Notes under the pieces: generated by a model
The model's input: only the letters and a program-made list of their open reading frames with translations
The model's database searches: none
What the model was told of the DNA's origin: nothing
Position numbers and translations under genes: made by a program
In this document: positions 8,753 through 16,492 of the stretch, piece by piece
Layout: the number at the start of each line of letters is the position of its first letter
Numbering within the stretch: position 1 is the stretch's first letter
Assembly (NCBI RefSeq): GCF_020541245.1
Contig: NZ_CP045876.1
Coordinates: 210,001-242,000 of the forward strand
Reading direction: 5' to 3'
Length of the DNA stretch: 32,000 nt
From: Candidatus Annandia pinicola
GTDB lineage: Bacteria > Pseudomonadota > Gammaproteobacteria > Enterobacterales > Enterobacteriaceae_A

Positions 8753-9722
8753 AATATCCCATAAATCTTATATAATTAGATTCTTTTTTTATTTCGTCTA
8801 ACATTTTTTTTAATATAGTAAAATTAAAATTATTTTTAATATTTACATATAATACTTCTTGTGATTTATTATTGTAAAATATTCTATTTTCTAATTTATC
8901 TATTTTAATTTTATATTTATTAATTATAAATATAATATTTATAACTCTATATTTTTTACTTTTAAAATTTATCATAAAAATTAAAATTCTAGCATTATCT
9001 ACTTCATTTTTATTATATGTATTTGATAATAATATAAATTTTGTAATATTATTTTTATTATTAATGTTTTTTTTAACTACTAATAAATCATAAAATTTAG
9101 ATCCACTTAAACTTCCTATGGCAGCAACAATTGGTGATTTAATTTTAGATATTGTTTTCATAGCTTCAGAAGTACTATTAGTATTTACAATTTTTACTTT
9201 TTTAAATTTTTTTATAAATTCATTACATTGTTTAAATGGTTGATAATGACTATATAAAAATTTTATTTTATTAATATTAGTTCTTTTTTTAGATAAAAGA
9301 CAATGATTTATTTTCATATTAAATTCTTTTAATATATACAATTTAGAATTTATTAATAAATCATATACTTCATATATAGATCCTGAATTAGTATTTTCTA
9401 TAGGAAGTATTGCAAAACTTTCTTTTTCATTTTCAGTTTTTTTTATAATTTCTTTAAATGTAGAACATAATTTAATTATACTATTTTTATAATAATTTTT
9501 AATATAATTTGAGCCAACTATATATGAATAAGATTCTTTTGGACCTAATAAAAAAATTTTTGATATTATTTTTTTTCTATAAGTTCTTATTATCGTATTT
9601 TTTGTATCTACTCTTTTATATTTTCTTTTATATCTATTTAAACATAAATTCACAACATTATTTTTTTTAATAAATTTATTCTTTATTTTAATATATAACT
9701 TATTTAAAAAATAAAATTTCAT
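8745..9722 (-). CDS. pheA: Prephenate dehydratase (P-protein homologue lacking a functional N-terminal chorismate mutase domain)
   Basis: A 325-aa ORF. FLLGPKESYS, AILPIENTNSGSIYEVYDLL, INHCLL, LYSHYQPFKQC, NSTSEAM, SPIVAAIGS and NITKFILL are colinear with residues about 105-386 of E. coli PheA. It is convergent with tyrA and overlaps it by 8 nt. Confidence 0.87.
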   Translation of the reverse strand: MKFYFLNKLYIKIKNKFIKKNNVVNLCLNRYKRKYKRVDTKNTIIRTYRKKIISKIFLLGPKESYSYIVGSNYIKNYYKNSIIKLCSTFKEIIKKTENEKESFAILPIENTNSGSIYEVYDLLINSKLYILKEFNMKINHCLLSKKRTNINKIKFLYSHYQPFKQCNEFIKKFKKVKIVNTNSTSEAMKTISKIKSPIVAAIGSLSGSKFYDLLVVKKNINNKNNITKFILLSNTYNKNEVDNARILIFMINFKSKKYRVINIIFIINKYKIKIDKLENRIFYNNKSQEVLYVNIKNNFNFTILKKMLDEIKKESNYIRFMGYFI

Positions 9723-9874
9723 TTTTTTATCCTATATAATTTAATTATTTTATTGTAATTTACATTATATTAATAAAATATAATTGTAATTTAAATTAAT
9801 TAAATTAAATTATTATTAAAAATTTATAACTAATTATATTAATAATATTTATAATTTTAAAATTTTAAAATAAT

Positions 9875-10818
9875 ATGAAAAAAAAATATATAAAAATAAA
9901 AGTTCCTTTTATAAAATTTAAAAATAGACTAGATTATATATTATCAAAAATATTATTTAAATATTCTAGATCACATATAAAATTTTTAATTAATAATAAA
10001 AAAATAAAAATAAATAATAATACTATTACAAAACCTAATACTAATGTTAATAGTTATGATATAATTAAAATTTTTTTTATAATAATTATAAATATTTATT
10101 ACCTGAAAATATAAAATTAAAAATCTTATATGAAAATAAAGATATTATAATAATAGATAAAAAAAAAAGCTTAATAGTTCATCCTGGGTTTGGTAATAAA
10201 AATAAAACAATATTTAATGCTATTTTATACTATTATCCTAATAATGCTTCTTTAGAAAAAGCTGGCATAATACATAGATTAGATAAAGATACTACAGGTT
10301 TAATGGTAATTGCTAAAAATATGGTTTCTATGTTTTTTTTAAAAAAAGAAATGAAATTAAAAAGAATAATTAAAAAATATGATGCAATTGTGATAGGAAA
10401 TATAAAAAAAAATAATATTATTAAAAAACCTATTTCAAGAGATAAAATAATTAAAAATCGTATGTCAATTAATATAAATGGTAAAAAATCTATCACAGAA
10501 TATAAAATATTGGAAAAATTTAAAAACTATACTTATATAAGAATAAATTTAAAAACTGGACGAACTCATCAAATACGTATACATATGTCTAGTTGTAATT
10601 ACCCTTTATTAGGTGATAAATTATATAATAATATAAAAAAAAAAAATAAAAAAAAAAATAAAAATAATAAAAAAGAAATAATAAATTTTTATAGACCAGC
10701 TTTACATTCTACTATATTAAAATTAAAAAATCCAAATGGAAAAAATTATATTACATTTATATCTAAATTACCAAATGATATGTATAAAATAATTAATTTT
10801 TTAAGAAAAAATAATTAA
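9875..10818 (+). pseudogene. rluD: 23S rRNA pseudouridine synthase RluD, interrupted by a 1-nt frameshift in a T8 tract (pseudogene, or rescued by slippage)
   Basis: The S4 domain (RLDYILSKILFKYSRSHIKFLI) is read in the frame starting at 9875 and stops at 10112-10114. The catalytic domain (LPENIKLKILYENKDIIIIDKKKSLIVHPGFG, HRLDKDTTGLMVIAK, TGRTHQIRIHM) is in the adjacent frame, open from 10069 to 10818. The two frames join exactly if the T run at 10071-10078 were T9. Confidence 0.82.
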
Positions 10819-10852
10819 AATAATATATAATTATATTTTTTTTAATATAATG

Positions 10853-10880
10853 TTGACTATAATAATTAATAATATATAAT
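10853..10880 (+). promoter_or_regulatory. Candidate sigma70 promoter (TTGACT-16 nt-TATAAT) upstream of tRNA-Glu
   Basis: TTGACT at 10853-10858, a 16-nt spacer, then TATAAT at 10875-10880, 60 nt upstream of the tRNA. A TTGAC -35 hexamer needs G and C, so it is much less expected by chance in this DNA than an A/T-only -10-like string. Confidence 0.4.
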
Positions 10881-10940
10881 AAATTATATATTAATATTAT
10901 TTTATAAAATATTTTATTAAATAAATCTTATAAATAAAAA

Positions 10941-11013
10941 GTCTCTTTCGTCTAGAGGTCTAGGACATCGCCCTTTCACGGCGGTAACAGGGGTTCAAAT
11001 CCCCTAAGAGACA
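10941..11013 (+). tRNA. gltT: tRNA-Glu (anticodon UUC), no encoded CCA
   Basis: GTCTCTTTCGTCTAGAGGTCTAGGACATCGCCCTTTCACGGCGGTAACAGGGGTTCAAATCCCCTAAGAGACA is close to enterobacterial tRNA-Glu. Here it is standalone rather than in an rRNA spacer. The symbol follows the E. coli family name only. Confidence 0.92.
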
Positions 11014-11155
11014 TTTTAAATTAAAAAAAATATAAAATTATTTAATAATAATTTAAATTAAAAACTAAAATATTTATTATTTTTTTTAAATAGATATAAA
11101 TCATTTAAAATTAAATTCATAATTATTTAAAATTATAAATTTTTAATTTAATAAA

Positions 11156-11499
11156 TGGAGCTGGCGGGATTCGAACCCGCGTCCGAAATTTATTACACTT
11201 AGGTACTACATGTTTAGTTAATCTTTATTTTTTTTTCTTAATTATAACGGAATATAACACGTTAATAAAAAAGATATCCTATAAAATTTAATAATTTATC
11301 ATTAGGAAATTAATAAACTACGATCTCTTATTATATTATTTATTGATTTTATAAGAGAATAAAAATCAAAAAAAAAATTAAGCTGCTAAAGAATAATTAT
11401 ATTTTTCTTCATTTATTTTTTTTAGGTTTTTTAACGAGGCAAACCTTCCTCGACATGCACCTTAAGTTTTACAAATTTCGTCAAATCCAAAACAGCCCC
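11156..11499 (-). ncRNA. ssrA: tmRNA (SsrA), no encoded CCA
   Basis: The minus-strand 5-prime end GGGGCTGTTTTGGATTTGACGAAATTTGTAAAACTTAAGGTGCATGTCGAGG and the 3-prime end GGACGCGGGTTCGAATCCCGCCAGCTCCA match E. coli tmRNA termini. The internal tag reading frame is ...AAT GAA GAA AAA TAT AAT TAT TCT TTA GCA GCT TAA (..NEEKYNYSLAA-stop). It lies 13 nt downstream of smpB. Confidence 0.9.
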
Positions 11500-11512
11500 C
11501 TTATAATAATAA

Positions 11513-11986
11513 TTATTTATATTTATTTTTTTTTTTTAAATAATTTAATTTATTAATTTTCCATTGATTTAATTTTAAGCTATTTCTTTTATCATATTTT
11601 TTTTTACCTTTTGCTATTCCTATCTTAACTTTACATAAATGATTTTTTATAAAAATAGATACTAAAACAGCAGTATAACCTTTAATAACAATATAATTAT
11701 ATATCTTTTCTATTTCATATTTATTTAATAAAAGTTTAAATTTTTTTTTATTATTAAATTTAATATTACAATAAGATATAGGTTGTATATTTAAACCTTT
11801 TAAGAAAACTTCATAATTTTTTATAAAAATATAACTATTATTTAAACTAATATTTTTTGATCTAACAGATTTTATTTCCCAACCTTTAAGAACTATTCCA
11901 GCATTAAAATAATATTCTATAAAAAAATTGTAACTAATATTATTATTACATAATATATTATTAATTTTATTTTTATAATTTTTCAT
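11513..11986 (-). CDS. smpB: SsrA-binding protein SmpB
   Basis: A 157-aa ORF. YFNAGIVLKGWEIKSVRS, LLLNKYEIEKIY, KGYTAVLVSIF and CKVKIGIAKGKKKYDKR are colinear with E. coli SmpB. It is immediately upstream of ssrA. Confidence 0.92.
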   Translation of the reverse strand: MKNYKNKINNILCNNNISYNFFIEYYFNAGIVLKGWEIKSVRSKNISLNNSYIFIKNYEVFLKGLNIQPISYCNIKFNNKKKFKLLLNKYEIEKIYNYIVIKGYTAVLVSIFIKNHLCKVKIGIAKGKKKYDKRNSLKLNQWKINKLNYLKKKNKYK

Positions 11987-12067
11987 ATATTATATATTTT
12001 AAAATAAAATTTAAATAATAAAAAAATATATTAATTATAAATTTTATATAAATAATAAGATTAATCA

Positions 12068-12364
12068 ATGTATTATATATTTATTAAAATAGTATATGCT
12101 TTACCAAAAAAACAATATGTTATTGATATTAAAGTTGAAAATGGAAAAAGTTTAAATTACATTTTAAAAAACTATGATATATTTAAAATAATACCAAAAG
12201 TAAAAATAAAAAACAATATAGGAATATATGGAAAAATAATAAATTTAAATTATATATTAAAAAATGGTGATCGTATAGAAATATATAGAAATTTATTACA
12301 AGATCCTAGAAAAATATTAAGAGAAAGAGCTAAAAAAATTAAAAAATATAATAATAAATTTTAA
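12068..12364 (+). CDS. ratB: RnfH/YfjF (RatB) family protein, UPF0125
   Basis: A 98-aa ORF. VYALPKKQY, GIYGK, NGDRIEIYRNLLQDPRKILRERAKK match E. coli YfjF ([41 protein letters not shown]). It is divergent from smpB as in E. coli. Confidence 0.78.
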   Translation: MYYIFIKIVYALPKKQYVIDIKVENGKSLNYILKNYDIFKIIPKVKIKNNIGIYGKIINLNYILKNGDRIEIYRNLLQDPRKILRERAKKIKKYNNKF

Positions 12365-12404
12365 ATATATATATAAATAAAAAATATTTATTCATAGGAA
12401 TCAA

Positions 12405-13079
12405 ATGCGTCAAATTGTTTTAGATACTGAAACTACCGGTATTAATAAAAATGGTAAATTATATCAAGGACATAAAATTATTGAAATTGGTGCAGTAGAA
12501 ATTATTGATCGTAAAATAACAGGTAATAATTTTCATACATATTTAAATCCAGAAAGATCAATAGATTTAGAAGCATTTAAAATACATGGAATATCAAATA
12601 AATTTTTAAAAAATAAACCATATTTTAAAGATATTTATAGTTTATTTTTAGAATATATTTTAAATTCAGAATTAATAATTCATAATGCTATTTTTGATAT
12701 TAAGTTTTTAGAAAATGAATTATATTTATTATTTAATAAAAAAAAAAAAATATCTGATTTATGTAATATTATAGATACTTTAAGTATAGCACGTAAATTA
12801 TTTCCTGGAAAAAAAAATAACTTAGATGCTCTTTCTAAGCGTTATAAAATTAAAATCAAAAGAAATAAACATGGAGCTTTAAATGATGCTTTAATATTAT
12901 CTAAAATATATTTACATATGACTAGTGGACAAACATCATTAAATTTTTTTTTTAATAAAAAAAAAAAAGTAAAAAAAAAAAATATAATAAATAATTTAAA
13001 AATAATATATGCTAATAAAAAAGAATTAATAGAACATAGAAAATATATGAAATTAATAAAAAAAAAAATTAATAAATAA
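12405..13079 (+). CDS. dnaQ: DNA polymerase III epsilon subunit (3-prime to 5-prime proofreading exonuclease)
   Basis: A 224-aa ORF with Exo I (QIVLDTETTG), Exo II (LIIHNAIFDIKFL) and Exo III (HGALNDALILSKIY). The C-terminal alpha-binding segment LKIIYANKKELIEHRKYMKLIKKK resembles E. coli LRVVFATDEEIAAHEARLDLVQKK. Confidence 0.93.
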   Translation: MRQIVLDTETTGINKNGKLYQGHKIIEIGAVEIIDRKITGNNFHTYLNPERSIDLEAFKIHGISNKFLKNKPYFKDIYSLFLEYILNSELIIHNAIFDIKFLENELYLLFNKKKKISDLCNIIDTLSIARKLFPGKKNNLDALSKRYKIKIKRNKHGALNDALILSKIYLHMTSGQTSLNFFFNKKKKVKKKNIINNLKIIYANKKELIEHRKYMKLIKKKINK

Positions 13080-13084
13080 AAATA

Positions 13085-13113
13085 TTGACTTTATATAAAT
13101 ATATATATAAATT
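13085..13113 (+). promoter_or_regulatory. Candidate sigma70 promoter (-35 TTGACT; ambiguous -10) upstream of tRNA-Asp
   Basis: TTGACT is at 13085-13090. Possible -10 hexamers are TATAAA (15-nt spacer) or TAAATT (17-nt spacer). The tRNA starts at 13133. Confidence 0.3.
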
Positions 13114-13132
13114 ATATAAATATATATTTCAT

Positions 13133-13206
13133 GGTGCGGTAGTTCAGTTGGTTAGAATATCGGCTTGTCACGCCGAGGGTCGCGGGTTCGAGTCCCGTCC
13201 GCACCG
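13133..13206 (+). tRNA. aspV: tRNA-Asp (anticodon GUC), no encoded CCA
   Basis: GGTGCGGTAGTTCAGTTGGTTAGAATATCGGCTTGTCACGCCGAGGGTCGCGGGTTCGAGTCCCGTCCGCACCG is close to E. coli tRNA-Asp. It follows dnaQ as aspV does in E. coli. Confidence 0.92.
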
Positions 13207-13244
13207 TAAAGTTTATAGTATAATTTATATTATAATTATAAATT

Positions 13245-13706
13245 TTAATTATCACTAATAGGAGGTATAAAAGAAATTCCAGTATCCCAAGGTTGTTCTA
13301 TCCATACATTTTGAGGAACGTCTATTACATAATCATCTACATATTTTTTTCCTTTGGGTTTAGCAAATATTGTTACAAATTTAGATTTGGGGTATAAAGA
13401 TCTAACAAGTTTAGCTGTTTGTCCAGTACTAACTAAATCATCTACTAATATAAAATTGTCACCTTTAACTTCAGATTTTTTTATTATTTTCATTTTACTA
13501 ATATGATTATTAATTTTATCATTAGAAATACAAATAGTATCTATATATAATATATTCAACTCTCTAGCAATCATTGAAGATAAAATTAAACCACCACGAT
13601 TAATAGCTAAAACCCCTTTCCATTGAGATGATGGTAATAATCTATAAGATAATTGACGAGTATGAATTTGTATCATATACCAAGTTATAACGTACTTATC
13701 TTTCAT
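13245..13706 (-). CDS. gpt: Xanthine-guanine phosphoribosyltransferase
   Basis: A 153-aa ORF. KYVITWYMIQIHTRQLSYRLLPSSQWKG, FILVDDLVSTGQTA and FVTIFAKPKGKKYVDDYVIDVPQNVWIEQPWD are nearly colinear with E. coli Gpt (152 aa). Confidence 0.94.
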   Translation of the reverse strand: MKDKYVITWYMIQIHTRQLSYRLLPSSQWKGVLAINRGGLILSSMIARELNILYIDTICISNDKINNHISKMKIIKKSEVKGDNFILVDDLVSTGQTAKLVRSLYPKSKFVTIFAKPKGKKYVDDYVIDVPQNVWIEQPWDTGISFIPPISDN

Positions 13707-13810
13707 AATATTTCTCTGTAATTTTTATATTAAAATAATTTTATTATAAATAATTATTAATAAAAATTTTAATATTATATTATAATATTTAAAAAAAAAT
13801 TATAAAAATT

Positions 13811-14026
13811 TTATCTACTACGAAAAATTATACGTCCTTTATCTATATCATATAAATTAATTTCTACAGTAACTTTATCTCCAGTTAAAATACGTATATA
13901 ATTTTTTCTTATTTTTCCAGAAATATGAGCTAATATTACATTACCATTTTCAAGTTTTACTTTAAACATAGTATTAGGTAAAGTTTCTATTACAACTCCT
14001 TGCATTTCTATATTTTTTTTAGACAT
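13811..14026 (-). CDS. infA: Translation initiation factor IF-1
   Basis: A 71-aa [53 protein letters not shown] matches IF-1. Confidence 0.94.
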   Translation of the reverse strand: MSKKNIEMQGVVIETLPNTMFKVKLENGNVILAHISGKIRKNYIRILTGDKVTVEINLYDIDKGRIIFRSR

Positions 14027-14052
14027 ATTTTATAAATAAAAAAATAATATTT

Positions 14053-15006
14053 TTATTTCCTTTTCATATTATTTATATACCTAATTGCATCTATAGCAGA
14101 CATACATCCACTTCCAGCAGCTGTAATTGCTTGACAATAATTATTGTCTACAACATCCCCAGATGCAAAAACTCCTGGTATACTAGTTTGTGTATTATAA
14201 ATATTATTTTTTTTAATATTAATATAACCATTATCGTTTAATTTTAATTGTTTTTTAAATAAACTAGTATTAGGTATACTACCTATAGAAACAAAAATAC
14301 CTGATAAATTTATTTTTTTTATATTATCAATATTGTTATTATTAACAATATTTATACTCTTAATTTTTTTATCATCACCTATAATATCTTTTAATAAATA
14401 ATTTGTATGTAAAATTACTTTTCCACTAAAAATTTTATTTTTTAATTGATTTAAAATTATTTTTTCTGCTTTAAATATATTATTTCTATGTATAAGATGA
14501 ATTTTTTTTACTATATTAGATAAATATAATGTTTCTTCTATAGCTTTATTACCACCACCTATAACTGCTACTATTTTATTACGATAAAAATATCCATCAC
14601 AAGATGCACATGTAGATAAACCTTTTCCTTTAAATTTATTTTCTGATTTTATCCCTAAATATTTAGCAGACGATCCTGTGGCTATTATTAATACATCTGT
14701 AAAATACTCGTTATAATCACCTATTAATTTAAAAGGATAATTTTTTAAATCAACTTTATATATATGATCATATATAATATTTGTATTAAATTTTTTTGCA
14801 TGTATATGCATACGATTCATTAAATCAGTTCCTTTAATATTATTGTAATCACCTGGCCAATTTTCAATATTTTCAGTTTGAGTTAATTGTCCTCCTTTTT
14901 CTAAACCAGTAATAAGTATTGGATATAAATTAGCTCTTGATGCATATATAGATGCTGTATAACCAGCAGGTCCAGATCCTAAAATAATTAATTTAGTTTT
15001 TATCAT
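14053..15006 (-). CDS. trxB: Thioredoxin reductase
   Basis: A 317-aa ORF. It has the FAD motif GSGPAG, the redox-active CASCDG (E. coli CATCDG), the NADPH motif GGGNKAIEE, and GVFASGDV. Confidence 0.94.
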   Translation of the reverse strand: MIKTKLIILGSGPAGYTASIYASRANLYPILITGLEKGGQLTQTENIENWPGDYNNIKGTDLMNRMHIHAKKFNTNIIYDHIYKVDLKNYPFKLIGDYNEYFTDVLIIATGSSAKYLGIKSENKFKGKGLSTCASCDGYFYRNKIVAVIGGGNKAIEETLYLSNIVKKIHLIHRNNIFKAEKIILNQLKNKIFSGKVILHTNYLLKDIIGDDKKIKSINIVNNNNIDNIKKINLSGIFVSIGSIPNTSLFKKQLKLNDNGYINIKKNNIYNTQTSIPGVFASGDVVDNNYCQAITAAGSGCMSAIDAIRYINNMKRK

Positions 15007-15110
15007 TTTTTTTAAGTTTTAAATTAATCATTATATAATTATTATATAAAATAAAAATATTATTTTGATTAAAATATTAAAAAAATAAAAAATTATTGGA
15101 GAGTAATATA

Positions 15111-16397
15111 ATGATTAACATAAATTTGTTACGTAATAATTTAATATATACCATAAAAAATTTAATAAAAAAAAATTTTTATTTTAAAATTTCAAAATTT
15201 TTATATTTAGATAAAAAAAGAAAAATTATTCAGACAGAAACAGAAAAACTATTATCAAAACATAATAAAAGTTCCAAATATATAATTAATATTAAAAATA
15301 AAAAAAAAAATATAAGTAATATATTTAGAAAAAATTTAAAAACAAATAATAAAATAAAAATAAAAAAAAAAAAACTTAGAAAAATAAAAAAAAATATTAT
15401 TAATTTTATATCAAATATTCCTAATATTATTAGCAATGATATACCATATGGTAAAGATAGTAAAAATAATAAAGAAATATTATATTGGGGTAAAAAAAGT
15501 AAAAAAAACTTTGTTATTTTAGATCATTTAAAATTAAGTAAAAAAACAAATGGTATAGATTTTAAATCTGCTACTAAAATAACAGGTTCTAGATTTGTTG
15601 TTTTAAAGGGTAATATAGCTCGTTTACATAGATCATTAGGACAATTTATGATCGATACTCATATTGAAAAGTATGGATATTTAGAAATAAATGTTCCTTA
15701 TTTAGTAAATAATAAAAGTTTATATGGTACTGGACAATTACCAAAATTTAATAATGATTTATTTCATATTAAAAATTTTGATAATAATGATAAAAATAAA
15801 TATTATTTAATACCTACTTCTGAAGTTCCTTTGACAAATATATTTAGTAATAATATTATAGAAGAGGAAAAATTACCAATTAAAATGGTTTCACATACAC
15901 CTTGTTTTAGATTAGAATCTAATTCATATGGAAAAAATAATTATGGTATAACCAGAATGCATCAATTTGATAAAGTAGAAATAGTACAAATAGTTAAACC
16001 AGAAAAATCGATGTTAACTCTAGAAAAAATAACTAAACATGCTGAAAACATTTTAAAAATGTTAAAATTACCATATAAAAAAGTTCTATTATGTACTGGA
16101 GATACTGGTTTTAGTTCATATAAATCTTATGATTTAGAAGTTTGGTTACCATCAAAAGATAAATATTTAGAAGTATCTTCTTGTTCTAATATGTCAGATT
16201 TTCAATCAAGAAGAATGAAGACAAGATATAGAAATAAAAAAACAAAAAAAATAGAATTATTACATACTTTAAATGGTTCTGGATTAGCAATTGGAAGAAC
16301 ATTAATGTCTATTTTAGAGAATTATCAACAATCCGATGGTAAAATAGTTATACCTAAAGTTTTAATTAATTATATGAATGATCTTAAATATATATAA
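15111..16397 (+). CDS. serS: Serine--tRNA ligase
   Basis: Homology to E. coli SerRS begins at MININLLRN (ATG 15111, with GGAG 9 nt upstream); the ORF-track TTG at 15096 is probably not the start. Motifs present are TGSRFVVLKG, YGTGQLPKF, LIPTSEVPLTN, HTPCFRLE, RMHQFDKVE and TLNGSGLAIGRT. Confidence 0.93.
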   Translation: MININLLRNNLIYTIKNLIKKNFYFKISKFLYLDKKRKIIQTETEKLLSKHNKSSKYIINIKNKKKNISNIFRKNLKTNNKIKIKKKKLRKIKKNIINFISNIPNIISNDIPYGKDSKNNKEILYWGKKSKKNFVILDHLKLSKKTNGIDFKSATKITGSRFVVLKGNIARLHRSLGQFMIDTHIEKYGYLEINVPYLVNNKSLYGTGQLPKFNNDLFHIKNFDNNDKNKYYLIPTSEVPLTNIFSNNIIEEEKLPIKMVSHTPCFRLESNSYGKNNYGITRMHQFDKVEIVQIVKPEKSMLTLEKITKHAENILKMLKLPYKKVLLCTGDTGFSSYKSYDLEVWLPSKDKYLEVSSCSNMSDFQSRRMKTRYRNKKTKKIELLHTLNGSGLAIGRTLMSILENYQQSDGKIVIPKVLINYMNDLKYI

Positions 16398-16492
16398 ATA
16401 TTTTTAGATTTATTATTTTATATAATAAAAAATATTTAATAAAAATTATTAATATTATTAAATATTATAATAATATATTTTTGGTATTTTTA

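Noticed and set aside
9723-9874. A search for a pheL-type leader peptide or attenuator upstream of pheA, and for a bamD remnant.
   Set aside because: The only minus-strand ATG here is followed immediately by a stop. There is no Phe-codon run, no GC-containing terminator or antiterminator stems, and no ORF. The region is a plain A/T divergent spacer.
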